DNA of 59,038 nucleotides from a virus (taxonomy: Duplodnaviria > Heunggongvirae > Uroviricota > Caudoviricetes), in IMG/VR virus record IMGVR_UViG_3300021256_000061, one strand, 5' to 3'. Below are positions 46,645 to 55,656 of this stretch, one piece after another. Within the stretch, counting starts at the first letter, position 1. Each line of letters begins with the position of its first letter. The notes beneath the pieces are model-generated. The model saw only the letters and a list, made by a program, of their open reading frames with translations. It was not told the origin of the DNA and did not search any database. Made by a program: the position numbers and the translations under genes.

Positions 46645-47154
46645 TTAATGGCTGGAACTGCTATTTTCATCTTCAGACTTCTCATCGCCGAAGTTAAGTG
46701 ACACAATAAGATTGCCATCTTTATCAGCCTTGTTGAGGGCTTTCCTGGTATTAATAACCTTATCTCGTTCGTATAGTATTTTATCTCTGATTGTGAGATT
46801 AAGCATGTTGTACTTAAATGCTTTTAATATGGATAGATTACCTGTGTAGCGCGGAGTAAGTTCCTTGTCCAGGGTTTTACTTAAGGCCTGCGCATATGGT
46901 TGGAGATTGAGCCTGCATGGCGATGACGCGTACTCCGCTTCAGAGTCTGTCATATATATCCTCGAGAGAGTAATCTCACCTACAGTGATGGTCTCAGGGA
47001 ATTCCATCCTAGGATACGACTCGAGAACCTTGAGATTGGATTCCATTTCAATAAGATTCTCCTCTGAGAATTCGGTCGGTGACTTTTTATTACACAGCCT
47101 GATTATGAGGACCGTGACAATGACGGTCAATGCGATTAATAGAATTTTCTTCAT
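46645..47154 (-). CDS. membrane-anchored or secreted hypothetical protein
   Basis: MKKILLIALTVIVTVLIIRLC. Confidence 0.7.
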   Translation of the reverse strand: MKKILLIALTVIVTVLIIRLCNKKSPTEFSEENLIEMESNLKVLESYPRMEFPETITVGEITLSRIYMTDSEAEYASSPCRLNLQPYAQALSKTLDKELTPRYTGNLSILKAFKYNMLNLTIRDKILYERDKVINTRKALNKADKDGNLIVSLNFGDEKSEDENSSSSH

Positions 47155-47170
47155 GATGTTATTGGATTAA

Positions 47171-47386
47171 TTAGATTAAATTTTTCTGGTCTATAATTTC
47201 TGTCCCCTTGGGGAGCCTGCCGCAGCGATTGATACGTACGTCGGATACTGCAGCATATGAACATAACTCCATTAGGGTTTTATTGAGCTCTTCTTCAGTC
47301 TCACAGGGAATTGCTTTTCTCCTCTGAAAGGTTGGCGCGACGGTATTGTATCTGAATGTCGCGTATACTATATTTCTTTTATTCAT
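47171..47386 (-). CDS. small hypothetical protein
   Basis: Start reassigned to MNKRNIVY. Confidence 0.6.
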   Translation of the reverse strand: MNKRNIVYATFRYNTVAPTFQRRKAIPCETEEELNKTLMELCSYAAVSDVRINRCGRLPKGTEIIDQKNLI

Positions 47387-47433
47387 AACTAGGTTATTTA
47401 ATTGGGGGTGGGATTGGCACCCCCATGGTTCTT

Positions 47434-47886
47434 TTACTTGTACCAAGCGAGTGGATATATTCCTCCCTGAGAGAGTGGATTGTCGTCCATCAGATAGAGG
47501 AGGGTACCTTTCTTGGCTTGCTCGGGATTGTCTACCACGAGACAGGCCATATAGTCGCAGACGTCTTTGAGGTAGTATATCGCGAACGGTTTCCCATGCA
47601 GGTATACCTGATGCTTGGTGCACTCTTCTTCCAAGCGCTGGATGTATTCCTTACACCGTGGCGCCGCGAGCACATCGATGTTGCTTTCACCACCCCAGCC
47701 ATCATTCCATATGGAACCAATCTTCTTAAAGGCGATGTCATTCTCGGGGCAGTTGTCTTTATCATAGACGAAGATGTCTGCCTGATAAGGGAGAGAGTCA
47801 TCGTGACCCATGTTCTCTCTGACGTTGGCAAGCGCTACCCAGATACTGGGGGTTAACTTGCATACGATATCTACACTCTTTTTCAT
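47434..47886 (-). CDS. hypothetical protein
   Basis: IGSIWNDGWGGE motif. Confidence 0.75.
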   Translation of the reverse strand: MKKSVDIVCKLTPSIWVALANVRENMGHDDSLPYQADIFVYDKDNCPENDIAFKKIGSIWNDGWGGESNIDVLAAPRCKEYIQRLEEECTKHQVYLHGKPFAIYYLKDVCDYMACLVVDNPEQAKKGTLLYLMDDNPLSQGGIYPLAWYK

Positions 47887-48155
47887 TTCAGTTCGGGTTT
47901 GATTGTAAGTTCAACATCATAGTCATAGACCGAGACGGAATAGTGGTTGTTGGAGTATTCTCCATCGAGATACATTTCAAATCCGCCGCTCTTGGTGTTG
48001 GATAGTACCCAGTCCTTTGGAAACTCTCTCTTGGCGATATCCTTTATCTGCCTAATGGCATCGTCAACACTCTTACGGGAGAAGAGCATTAGAGGCTTAT
48101 GAGGAGCAACCTCGTAATCGTAGACCTCGTCAATTGTGATAATGTAAATTTTCAT
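47883..48155 (-). CDS. hypothetical protein
   Basis: First gene after sigma54-type motif. Confidence 0.75.
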   Translation of the reverse strand: MKIYIITIDEVYDYEVAPHKPLMLFSRKSVDDAIRQIKDIAKREFPKDWVLSNTKSGGFEMYLDGEYSNNHYSVSVYDYDVELTIKPELK

Positions 48156-48190
48156 GTTGGCATTTGTTTATTGGTTCATGAAAGATACTC

Positions 48191-48207
48191 TTCAAAGACC
48201 GTGCCAA
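48191..48207 (-). promoter_or_regulatory. sigma54-type promoter (-12 variant GA)
   Basis: TTGGCACGGTCTTTGAA. Confidence 0.65.
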
Positions 48208-48235
48208 ATTTTCACGTGGCAAATAATTTTATGTA

Positions 48236-48256
48236 TATATACTCAAAAGAGTACCT
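48236..48256 (-). promoter_or_regulatory. 21-nt motif copy 4
   Basis: Exact copy about 30 nt upstream of a sigma54-type motif. Confidence 0.75.
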
Positions 48257-48258
48257 AA

Positions 48259-48288
48259 ATAAGAAAGGGTGAGCGAACCCACCCTTTC
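48259..48288 (-). terminator. intrinsic terminator
   Basis: gaaagggtg...caccctttc then ttattt. Confidence 0.65.
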
Positions 48289-48300
48289 GGAACCAATAAA

Positions 48301-49212
48301 CTAAACATGACAATCGAGCATTGTCAATTCGGCGTCATCGGGGAGAGAATTGAGGAAATCCTCGTATTCTTTGTCCCAAGATGTTGCTTCTTTCTCGTTG
48401 GAAACGCAGGCCCACCAACCCATATCACCACGAGAGTGATACTCACGATTCTGAACCCAACCAAAGGAAAGCGCGTGGATGTGCTGGCTCGCCACATATT
48501 CATCCTCGGACATGCAGAAGTCATCGACTTTGGTGAAGATACCGAACTCTCTCATTAGTTCGCTGCCCATAGCGTCCCACTTCTTTACGAGTTCCTGGGC
48601 ATCATATATTGCAACGGCCTCGTCTCTTGTCATTGTGGGCTTGCCTTCATCGGGGTGGAACTTATCCACGAGGGAATTCCATGTGTGCTCGAGGATGGGA
48701 ATCTCTCCCTCTTTTAATCCGAGCAACTTGATTACTTTTCTGTACTCTTCTCGGGCTTCCCGTTCCTTGTCCTTGAACATTTTGTCGAAGTCGATTTCCC
48801 CCTTTCTTGCATGATTCACATGCAAGCCAGAACTCTTAAGTTTGAAGGCGCTATAGCCATCGCCATAATAATCATAGAAGGAGTTGGGGTTGGTTCGCTG
48901 GATGAATTCGAGGACTTCACCATCCTTATCAAGGAGGATGTATCCCCACTGCTGCTCTTCGGTGTCGGTGTCGATTTCGTTCTCAGACTTCAGTACTGGC
49001 TTGTCTCCATACCAATACTGGATAAATTCGAGGAACGACTTTCCAGCGATATCTTCGTCGCTAGCTTTGCGCTTTTCGTATTCTTTACGTGCTTCTTCAG
49101 TCTTGTCGATATCCTGAATGAATTCATCGTTGATACCGTCGCATTCGTACTCGTGGAAAGGGGCCATATTATGGTCGACGTTTCCCACTACTAAAATAGA
49201 AAAATGGCTCAT
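48301..49212 (-). CDS. conserved phage hypothetical protein
   Basis: MSHFSILVVG...TNPNS.YDYY...GDMGWW...LDCHV; start reassigned. Confidence 0.8.
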   Translation of the reverse strand: MSHFSILVVGNVDHNMAPFHEYECDGINDEFIQDIDKTEEARKEYEKRKASDEDIAGKSFLEFIQYWYGDKPVLKSENEIDTDTEEQQWGYILLDKDGEVLEFIQRTNPNSFYDYYGDGYSAFKLKSSGLHVNHARKGEIDFDKMFKDKEREAREEYRKVIKLLGLKEGEIPILEHTWNSLVDKFHPDEGKPTMTRDEAVAIYDAQELVKKWDAMGSELMREFGIFTKVDDFCMSEDEYVASQHIHALSFGWVQNREYHSRGDMGWWACVSNEKEATSWDKEYEDFLNSLPDDAELTMLDCHV

Positions 49213-49234
49213 ATTGTTATGTTGTTTTAAAGGT

Positions 49235-49495
49235 TTAAAATCCGAATGAATAAAGTGCACCCGAATTAATGGCGTGCCCAATGTTGGTGAGGTCCGTATT
49301 GAAGAGTTCCTCCTTTGTAAGGGTTTGTTCGCTGTCATCAATGTAGTTGATGATGTAGTAGGTCCCCTCCTCGTCTCCAAAGAAGATTGCCTTGTCTGAG
49401 CGCAGGCCTCCATTGAGACTGATGAAAAACTCATGCTTTTCGTCTTCAATGAGTTCGTTGAGGCGCTCGATGCTTGTTATTTTCTCGTATTCCAT
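49235..49495 (-). CDS. hypothetical protein
   Basis: FFISLNGGLRSDK motif. Confidence 0.75.
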   Translation of the reverse strand: MEYEKITSIERLNELIEDEKHEFFISLNGGLRSDKAIFFGDEEGTYYIINYIDDSEQTLTKEELFNTDLTNIGHAINSGALYSFGF

Positions 49496-49524
49496 TGTTG
49501 TGTTTATTGGTTTATTATTATCCT

Positions 49525-49541
49525 ATCAAAGAACGTGCCAA
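49525..49541 (-). promoter_or_regulatory. sigma54-type promoter (-12 variant GA)
   Basis: TTGGCACGTTCTTTGAT. Confidence 0.65.
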
Positions 49542-49582
49542 AGTTAAATAGAATTTTAGAAAAATGCAATTTTTTTTTTCTT

Positions 49583-49604
49583 TATATTACTCAAAAGAGT
49601 ACCT
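49583..49604 (-). promoter_or_regulatory. 21-nt motif copy 5
   Basis: AGGTACTCTTTTGAGTAATATA. Confidence 0.7.
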
Positions 49605-49678
49605 ATATATCTTAAAAAGCCAAAGGGCTGTCAAAATTGGACACGGTGGCAGCCCCTCGGCAAAAACGATATATGGAA

Positions 49679-50578
49679 TTAAGCAGTTACTTGTGCTGGT
49701 TCAGATACTTTGGTGTCGGTGGTTTCCTCTTTGAGGATTTCCCTTAAAGCCTTGATAGCATCTTTGATTTCTTCGGAGTTGTGCTTTGAAAGGTTGTGCT
49801 CGGCTTTGATGTTCTTGTAACCCTCAACAATAAGGTTGAGAGAGTGAGAAAGGGTGTAGTTCTCGATGAACAGCGGAGAAATTTCCTTGTATTTCTGTTC
49901 TTTGAGGCTCTTTATCAAGTCCCAATCGTTACCTGCGACCTTGATGAAGTCCCTTGCCCAAGAGCCTACGACATTCATATTTGTGCCCTCGTAGTCTCCG
50001 CCACCTCTGCCGTTTCCCTCTACGGTGAGCAGGGGGAGAGGGTGGATTGCCATTTCAAGTCCCCTCACACGCCAAAGGTCGAGGTATTCCTTTTTATCGG
50101 TGTTTATGATGTACCTTACGGCATCTTCATCGCTTTCTTTTGTATCTATGATGATTTCGGGTTTTTCCTTACGGAGCACCTTACCGTTTTCATCTTCAAG
50201 AGAGCCTGCAAGGGAATAGAGGCATTCTGCCTTATCTTCGGCGTTGATGAACAGGTCGCTGTCTTTGCTCGTAAAGAACTTCTCGAAAGAAAGGAATGTT
50301 TTTCCCTCGGCTACTTTTTTCTGCCAAATTGACATAGCCTGCTTGCGAGTAACTTTCTTGAAAAGGGTGTTAGGTTCGGGGTCTGCGTAGTCTCCAGCCC
50401 ACACGAGGTTTGCGCCACCTACTTGTTTGAGATAGGTAGCAACTGCACCTACAAAGTCGTTGTTGAGATATGAGTGCTCCATCAGTTTCAGACCGTTGCC
50501 ATAGCGGTGTGAATTGAAGAACCCCTTAATAGTCTTTCGGTTTGTGCCCAAAATCACAGGGCGATAGTATTGTCCCAT
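49679..50578 (-). CDS. conserved phage hypothetical protein
   Basis: MGQYY...GLKLMEHSY...VWAGDYAD...HPLPLLT.EGNGRGGGDY...GSWARD. Confidence 0.8.
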   Translation of the reverse strand: MGQYYRPVILGTNRKTIKGFFNSHRYGNGLKLMEHSYLNNDFVGAVATYLKQVGGANLVWAGDYADPEPNTLFKKVTRKQAMSIWQKKVAEGKTFLSFEKFFTSKDSDLFINAEDKAECLYSLAGSLEDENGKVLRKEKPEIIIDTKESDEDAVRYIINTDKKEYLDLWRVRGLEMAIHPLPLLTVEGNGRGGGDYEGTNMNVVGSWARDFIKVAGNDWDLIKSLKEQKYKEISPLFIENYTLSHSLNLIVEGYKNIKAEHNLSKHNSEEIKDAIKALREILKEETTDTKVSEPAQVTA

Positions 50579-50613
50579 AATCGTTTTAATTTATTGGTTT
50601 ATGCTTTTACTAT

Positions 50614-50630
50614 TGCAAGGTTCGTGCCAA
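50614..50630 (-). promoter_or_regulatory. sigma54-type promoter
   Basis: TTGGCACGAACCTTGCA. Confidence 0.8.
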
Positions 50631-50636
50631 ACCTTT

Positions 50637-50876
50637 CTAAAGGACATCGTTTTCTGCTAAAAAATCATAAAATTCAGCATCTGTCATATCCTTGATGTCT
50701 TCAATGGTCTTGCTCGTCGGGATTGTTGCAATCAGGTGATAGCCCCCTGTAATATCCTCGTCATATACCTCAATGCCTTCTTCGTCACAAACACAAGTCT
50801 CCCTGTTGAGACCAGCATTAAAGTAATAACGGAAGCCATATCCGCCACGAGAGTAATCTACAATATTCTTTGACAT
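50637..50876 (-). CDS. hypothetical protein
   Basis: Minus-arm ORF. Confidence 0.7.
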   Translation of the reverse strand: MSKNIVDYSRGGYGFRYYFNAGLNRETCVCDEEGIEVYDEDITGGYHLIATIPTSKTIEDIKDMTDAEFYDFLAENDVL

Positions 50877-50883
50877 AACTTGA

Positions 50884-51126
50884 TTAGATTTCTTTAACTT
50901 CTACTATCTGGAAAACAGTTTCATATTCTTCATCCTCGTCAGACCAGGATGTTGTGACGTTTTCAGGATGTACGAGCCAATCGGCTTCTTCCTGCCAATT
51001 TTCTCCATAGACTCCCTCGATAAAGTCCTTTACATCCTCACGGAGTTTACTCTGCAACTTTTCTTTGTTATCAGAGCAGGCCAGCAATTCTGTCGAATCA
51101 CCTCTGCGTATGTATTCTACAAACAT
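50884..51126 (-). CDS. hypothetical protein
   Basis: Minus-arm ORF. Confidence 0.7.
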   Translation of the reverse strand: MFVEYIRRGDSTELLACSDNKEKLQSKLREDVKDFIEGVYGENWQEEADWLVHPENVTTSWSDEDEEYETVFQIVEVKEI

Positions 51127-51138
51127 AACTCGATTAGA

Positions 51139-51357
51139 TTATAATGATTGTATCAGTTCCTGAATTGTTTTACTGGATGGTTTGTTTTTGAGGCTTTGTT
51201 TAATCCTCTGGGCTACATCACATCCATCTCGTTTAAGAGCCACATACCACAGGGGAATACCCCAGCCCCAAGGGTATTTATCTGCACGCTTTTCTACTAT
51301 AATGGTAGCGGTATTCCTCGCGTTACGATATTTCTCGGTGTGGTATGTGTAACTCAT
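51139..51357 (-). CDS. hypothetical protein
   Basis: Minus-arm ORF. Confidence 0.65.
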   Translation of the reverse strand: MSYTYHTEKYRNARNTATIIVEKRADKYPWGWGIPLWYVALKRDGCDVAQRIKQSLKNKPSSKTIQELIQSL

Positions 51358-51368
51358 AACTTGGTTAC

Positions 51369-51767
51369 TTACTGGGGGATGTTGTTTTTCACATAGTATT
51401 CGGTGACATTCTCCATATCGGTATTCTCGAAATCCGAATCGGTATCAACGTAGTCACCCTCGTTGTATTTGTCGCTTGCGAGTTCTGCCGCTTCTTCTTC
51501 ATCCCTTGCCTCTACGGTGATGTCAGTCCAGCCGTGGGTGTGGAAACGGAAAGTAAACTTCTTCTTGCCCTCGTTTGGCGTTTCAGTTTCGGGGATGTTG
51601 GTGTTTCCGCCATATTCCCAAAGGGATGTGGTCTGTACGGATGTGAGTTTAATCTCGCCCTTTTTAATCATATCAGCGAGCGCACAGCCCAATGCTTCAT
51701 TACCATAACGACTTGCGTAGGAAACAACATCGTCCAGTACTTCGGTAGTGTTTTCTTTGAGTTTCAT
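51369..51767 (-). CDS. hypothetical protein
   Basis: C-terminal ITVEARDEEEA.E.A (DpnD/PcfM-like pattern). Confidence 0.7.
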   Translation of the reverse strand: MKLKENTTEVLDDVVSYASRYGNEALGCALADMIKKGEIKLTSVQTTSLWEYGGNTNIPETETPNEGKKKFTFRFHTHGWTDITVEARDEEEAAELASDKYNEGDYVDTDSDFENTDMENVTEYYVKNNIPQ

Positions 51768-51797
51768 ATTCGTTGTTTATTGGTTCACCTATGTAAA

Positions 51798-51814
51798 AGC
51801 AAAGACCGTGCCAG
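51798..51814 (-). promoter_or_regulatory. sigma54-type promoter
   Basis: CTGGCACGGTCTTTGCT. Confidence 0.8.
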
Positions 51815-51819
51815 TTTTT

Positions 51820-52512
51820 TCAGAGCAAACATTTTCTGGAAACATTTCTGGGAACGCTCTTGCTATAATCAATCACGGCGTTCATTTTTGACTGACTATA
51901 ATTAACAGCATTATCGTAGCATTCTTTAACTTTATTACTTTGTTCTTCACCAAGAAGTTCGAGATTGATAAAGGTCGTGGCAATAATTCCCCACTCGTGA
52001 GGTTTGTAGATAAACATCCCTATATCACAAAAATTGAACATAGTATGTTTTTCGTCCTTATATGTGTACTCACCAATTTGTGATGCTGCTATGTGATTGC
52101 CCTTATAATTGAACATATCATATAAACTCATGTTGGCTCTTTCTTTTAACCTCTGGAGAGCGTGAGCGGAATAGACTACGATTTGGCTTATAGTGGGCGT
52201 TGCAGTAAAGCCTTTATAACAGGGGTTTATGTATTGCTTTACCCCCTGATTGGTTGTATATTCGTAGAAGTGCATTGACTCAACAGTGACACACTTACCA
52301 GCCTTGACTCTTACCCACGCACAGATAACTTTGTTATTTTTTGGTGTTATATATGTTGTGACGGCGAGAGTTTTATGTCCCTCGGTGGCAGTCTTGGGAT
52401 TCAGGTATTTACGATACTTTATTGAAATACCCTGACGGAGAGAGTCGAGCCAAAGGCAATCACTGAGGAGTTCCTTGCTCAACTCTTCCTTTGTCATTGT
52501 ATAAGTAATCAT
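51820..52512 (-). CDS. hypothetical protein
   Basis: Start reassigned to ATG 52512; YSAHALQRLKER. Confidence 0.75.
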   Translation of the reverse strand: MITYTMTKEELSKELLSDCLWLDSLRQGISIKYRKYLNPKTATEGHKTLAVTTYITPKNNKVICAWVRVKAGKCVTVESMHFYEYTTNQGVKQYINPCYKGFTATPTISQIVVYSAHALQRLKERANMSLYDMFNYKGNHIAASQIGEYTYKDEKHTMFNFCDIGMFIYKPHEWGIIATTFINLELLGEEQSNKVKECYDNAVNYSQSKMNAVIDYSKSVPRNVSRKCLL

Positions 52513-52542
52513 AACTGTGTTTTCTGTGTTCACCTATGTAAA

Positions 52543-52559
52543 AGCAAAGACCGTGCCAG
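52543..52559 (-). promoter_or_regulatory. sigma54-type promoter
   Basis: CTGGCACGGTCTTTGCT. Confidence 0.8.
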
Positions 52560-52569
52560 AACGACACGG

Positions 52570-52752
52570 TCAGTTATTTTCGTTTTTGTTTTCTCGATTT
52601 TTTTCTCTTTCTAAAAAGTAATCTAACTGCCAGATTAGTGCACAGCCCCACGCCAGGGCTGCCGAGTAGTCTTTCTTTATTACGCTACCAATGACACATA
52701 CGAGTGTGGCGAGCATAATTAACACTTCCCACCAGGTTAAAGTTGCATACAT
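52570..52752 (-). CDS. small membrane protein
   Basis: Two TM segments. Confidence 0.65.
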   Translation of the reverse strand: MYATLTWWEVLIMLATLVCVIGSVIKKDYSAALAWGCALIWQLDYFLEREKNRENKNENN

Positions 52753-52759
52753 AACTCAA

Positions 52760-53035
52760 TTACTTTTTGGGGTTCATTACGATGTTGTAAATCTGTTCGA
52801 TGACTGTAACGTGGAAGTCTGCTAGGGCGTCGACATCTATGCCATGTTCCAGCGTGTTCGTCGTAAGTTCCAGCCTGTCGTTCTTGATTTTCAGGTACAT
52901 CAGGGCAGTGGTGAGGTCATCATCACCGTAATCCAGAACCATCAGTGTTCCCAGAGGAAAGGCGTAGTGCTTCTTATACTGGTTCTTGACAGTTTCCTTT
53001 AACTCATGGAGCAGTGTATTTTTTGACTTTGCCAT
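52760..53035 (-). CDS. hypothetical protein
   Basis: Minus-arm ORF. Confidence 0.7.
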   Translation of the reverse strand: MAKSKNTLLHELKETVKNQYKKHYAFPLGTLMVLDYGDDDLTTALMYLKIKNDRLELTTNTLEHGIDVDALADFHVTVIEQIYNIVMNPKK

Positions 53036-53066
53036 AACAATTGTTGTTTAGTTAAACTTACACCGA

Positions 53067-53098
53067 CAAATATAATAAATATTTTTTGTCGGTGCAAG
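53067..53098 (-). promoter_or_regulatory. housekeeping-type promoter overlapped by a 10-bp inverted repeat
   Basis: CTTG-N20-TATATTTG; caccgacaaa-N14-tttgtcggtg at 53061-53094. Confidence 0.55.
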
Positions 53099-53112
53099 TC
53101 TTTCTTCACTTT

Positions 53113-53577
53113 TTATGCAGCGTCTTTGGAAAAGTAGTGGACTGACGAATAGCAATCAGAGCCGTTTTCTTCGGTGACATCTTCGCTGATTTCATCGTAG
53201 CCGATATATCGCATAAGATTGCGAAGATAGCCATGCTCATGTTTCCAATCCCCCCAAGAAATTGACACTGATAATGCATCATCGAATCGGCTGATGTCAT
53301 CGTTGTAGAGTCCGTTGTCGGAAAGGTAGTTGTTTACCATATCTACTTCGGGGAGTTTGGAATTGGGAACTACAAGAACTTCCCACTCCCTTATGTTTTT
53401 GGTATTGCCGTCCGCATCTTCGAGAATGAGGTGGGGGCAGTAATCTCCGTTGAGGCGTTCATCACCCCAGTCGATGTACTCCTTAACTTTCCAGGCCTTT
53501 TCCTTGTTGGGCTTCCAAGAGTAGTTCTTTTCCTCTAACACCCATACTTCTTTGCCGATGATTTTGTTCTTGTCCAT
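53113..53577 (-). CDS. hypothetical protein
   Basis: WGDWKHEHGYL motif. Confidence 0.75.
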   Translation of the reverse strand: MDKNKIIGKEVWVLEEKNYSWKPNKEKAWKVKEYIDWGDERLNGDYCPHLILEDADGNTKNIREWEVLVVPNSKLPEVDMVNNYLSDNGLYNDDISRFDDALSVSISWGDWKHEHGYLRNLMRYIGYDEISEDVTEENGSDCYSSVHYFSKDAA

Positions 53578-53609
53578 AATATTTGTGTTTATCGGTTTAC
53601 TTGATTATA

Positions 53610-53626
53610 AGCAAAGTTCATGCCAA
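53610..53626 (-). promoter_or_regulatory. sigma54-type promoter
   Basis: TTGGCATGAACTTTGCT. Confidence 0.75.
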
Positions 53627-53629
53627 ACC

Positions 53630-54313
53630 TTATTCGTTCCTTAAGTAATCGAGTAAACCTCTCATATCTTTTATAGGCAGTTCGTCGATGTCGTGCCATG
53701 TATTCTCTCCGTTATCTTCCCTTTCTCCGTGAATGTGATACCACATTGTTCCCTCGCCTTCCATTTCGAAGATTTTTTCTATCGCTGGGATTTCAAGGGA
53801 CGATAAACCTTGTGCTTCTTCTTCCGCAGAGGGGAGATTGAAGAAAATCTCCTTTGGATGTTCTTCACTCGTGCCGTCGAGCAGTGGACTTATCTGATGG
53901 CGCAGGTATTCTCTTGCACTATCTTCATCATCGAACAGGCGGTCACAGTCTTTGCAGTGATAACGGCCATCCTCTGCTGTCTCCAGATTCTTGGATTCAC
54001 AGTAGGGGCATTTCTGTTCTTCCTTACAAATTTCTTCTGGATAGCAGTAAGCAGTATCACCGTTCTCGAACTCGATTAACCACAAGGGCATAGCCTCAAT
54101 GTCGCATTCTTCGGCAGTAGCACGACGGATTACCTTAAAGGCCATACCATTATGCTCGCTGTTATCGTCGTAAGGAGAGTTGAATAGACTGGTGAAGCCA
54201 GTTTCTTCATACATAGAAAAGCAGTCGTTCTTAAATTCTTGAAACTGCTCGTCGGTCATTTCGTCGTCGGTAGTAAAATGTCCCCACTTCAGATTAAATT
54301 CTTTTAATGTCAT
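53630..54313 (-). CDS. hypothetical protein with zinc ribbon
   Basis: CPYCES...YHCKDC. Confidence 0.75.
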   Translation of the reverse strand: MTLKEFNLKWGHFTTDDEMTDEQFQEFKNDCFSMYEETGFTSLFNSPYDDNSEHNGMAFKVIRRATAEECDIEAMPLWLIEFENGDTAYCYPEEICKEEQKCPYCESKNLETAEDGRYHCKDCDRLFDDEDSAREYLRHQISPLLDGTSEEHPKEIFFNLPSAEEEAQGLSSLEIPAIEKIFEMEGEGTMWYHIHGEREDNGENTWHDIDELPIKDMRGLLDYLRNE

Positions 54314-54347
54314 AGCGAATGTGTTTTATAGTGTACGCTTTCTATTA

Positions 54348-54364
54348 TGCAAAGTTCATGCCAA
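54348..54364 (-). promoter_or_regulatory. sigma54-type promoter
   Basis: TTGGCATGAACTTTGCA. Confidence 0.75.
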
Positions 54365-54367
54365 AGC

Positions 54368-54405
54368 ATAAAAAAAGTACAGGGGGGGTTCACAACTGCC
54401 CTGTA
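54368..54405 (-). terminator. intrinsic terminator
   Basis: gtacagggc...ccctgtac plus T7. Confidence 0.7.
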
Positions 54406-54465
54406 CCTGACACTATGGAAAACACATATAATAGAGGTAACTTTCGTTATCTGGAATATGCTTGC

Positions 54466-54801
54466 TTACATCGTCGAAAAGACTGTGACCGCCTCAAGCT
54501 CAGTTTCTTCTTCTAGGTCTGGGGCTTCCATTTGCTTCTTTGCAAAAGCATAGAAATCCTCGACGGTTTCAAGTTTCTTACGCCAGATAGTCCAAGTCTT
54601 TAATGGTTTGTCAGATGCCTGTTCCTCGTCGAGAAAGGTGTAGCTTTGAACATCCATTGTTCGATAGGTGCACACGCCGACAGCCTTTGCTGGCAGTACC
54701 CCTCTGTGGGAATTGCTGTACCCCATCTCTTGAAGTTTCTTCTCGACCGAATTCTTTTCTTCGGGAGATGTATTCTGATTGAATAAGAAATATCCGCCCA
54801 T
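54466..54801 (-). CDS. hypothetical protein
   Basis: Minus-arm ORF. Confidence 0.65.
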   Translation of the reverse strand: MGGYFLFNQNTSPEEKNSVEKKLQEMGYSNSHRGVLPAKAVGVCTYRTMDVQSYTFLDEEQASDKPLKTWTIWRKKLETVEDFYAFAKKQMEAPDLEEETELEAVTVFSTM

Positions 54802-54805
54802 AATA

Positions 54806-55339
54806 TTAGTTTGCTTCTATGATGTCTATATCGTCAATGGTTTCGAAATCCTCATCTCCGTCAGTAAAGGCATTGATGCCGAAGCAGGCAGGAGTAGGAA
54901 CACCTTTGCAGATGCAAATGCCTGTGGTTCTGACAATGCCGAGGTCATCGAGAGTACCGAACACATCGAAATGGCTGTTACCCATAGAGAATGTGTAGTG
55001 CCACTTATTGTTCTCAAAATCCTTTTCAATTTCTTCAAGGAAAATAGAGGTTGTGCAGTTTTTCCCCTTGTAAGAGAAACCAATCATAAAGTCATGCTTG
55101 AACTCCAACACATAGGGGGTTTCTGACGGCTCGTGGTTTGTTATCTCATTGGGATAGAGTTCCACACCGAGAAGCGCGTAACCAAGTGCCTGTAAGACAC
55201 AATCCGCTTCATCTTCATCAATACCATTGTCGATGAGCACCTGCTGGGCTTTTGCCACATCTTCCTCGGAAACATTCACGAGGCGAGCAGTATTTTCGTT
55301 ACGCTCTTTAAGTGAGCCAGTTAAAATTATCTTTGTCAT
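54806..55339 (-). CDS. hypothetical protein
   Basis: LIDNGIDEDEADCVLQALGYALLGVELYP motif. Confidence 0.75.
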   Translation of the reverse strand: MTKIILTGSLKERNENTARLVNVSEEDVAKAQQVLIDNGIDEDEADCVLQALGYALLGVELYPNEITNHEPSETPYVLEFKHDFMIGFSYKGKNCTTSIFLEEIEKDFENNKWHYTFSMGNSHFDVFGTLDDLGIVRTTGICICKGVPTPACFGINAFTDGDEDFETIDDIDIIEAN

Positions 55340-55372
55340 AATCTTGTGTTTTGCTGTTGTTACTTTTGTTTA

Positions 55373-55389
55373 TGCAAAGACCGTGCCAC
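55373..55389 (-). promoter_or_regulatory. sigma54-type promoter
   Basis: GTGGCACGGTCTTTGCA. Confidence 0.75.
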
Positions 55390-55391
55390 TA

Positions 55392-55643
55392 TTATTTCGG
55401 GGTGAAAATTTTTGCAATTTTTTCTACCAGAGATGGAGTGGAGGTGATGAATGCATCTGGATTGTGTGTATCTTCAACACCCTGGATGTAGATATCCACT
55501 TGTTTTGGCGTATTAAAATCTCTTTGAATTATTTTTACTTCGTCGTTTCTTTTAATGATTGCCTTGATGGCTGGTAAGATTGTGGATTCTGTTTGCTCGC
55601 TTAGATTTTCACCCAAGACCAGCATTGTGTGATGTTTACCCAT
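55392..55643 (-). CDS. hypothetical protein
   Basis: ATG 13 nt after motif copy 6. Confidence 0.65.
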   Translation of the reverse strand: MGKHHTMLVLGENLSEQTESTILPAIKAIIKRNDEVKIIQRDFNTPKQVDIYIQGVEDTHNPDAFITSTPSLVEKIAKIFTPK

Positions 55644-55656
55644 AACTGGATTACTT

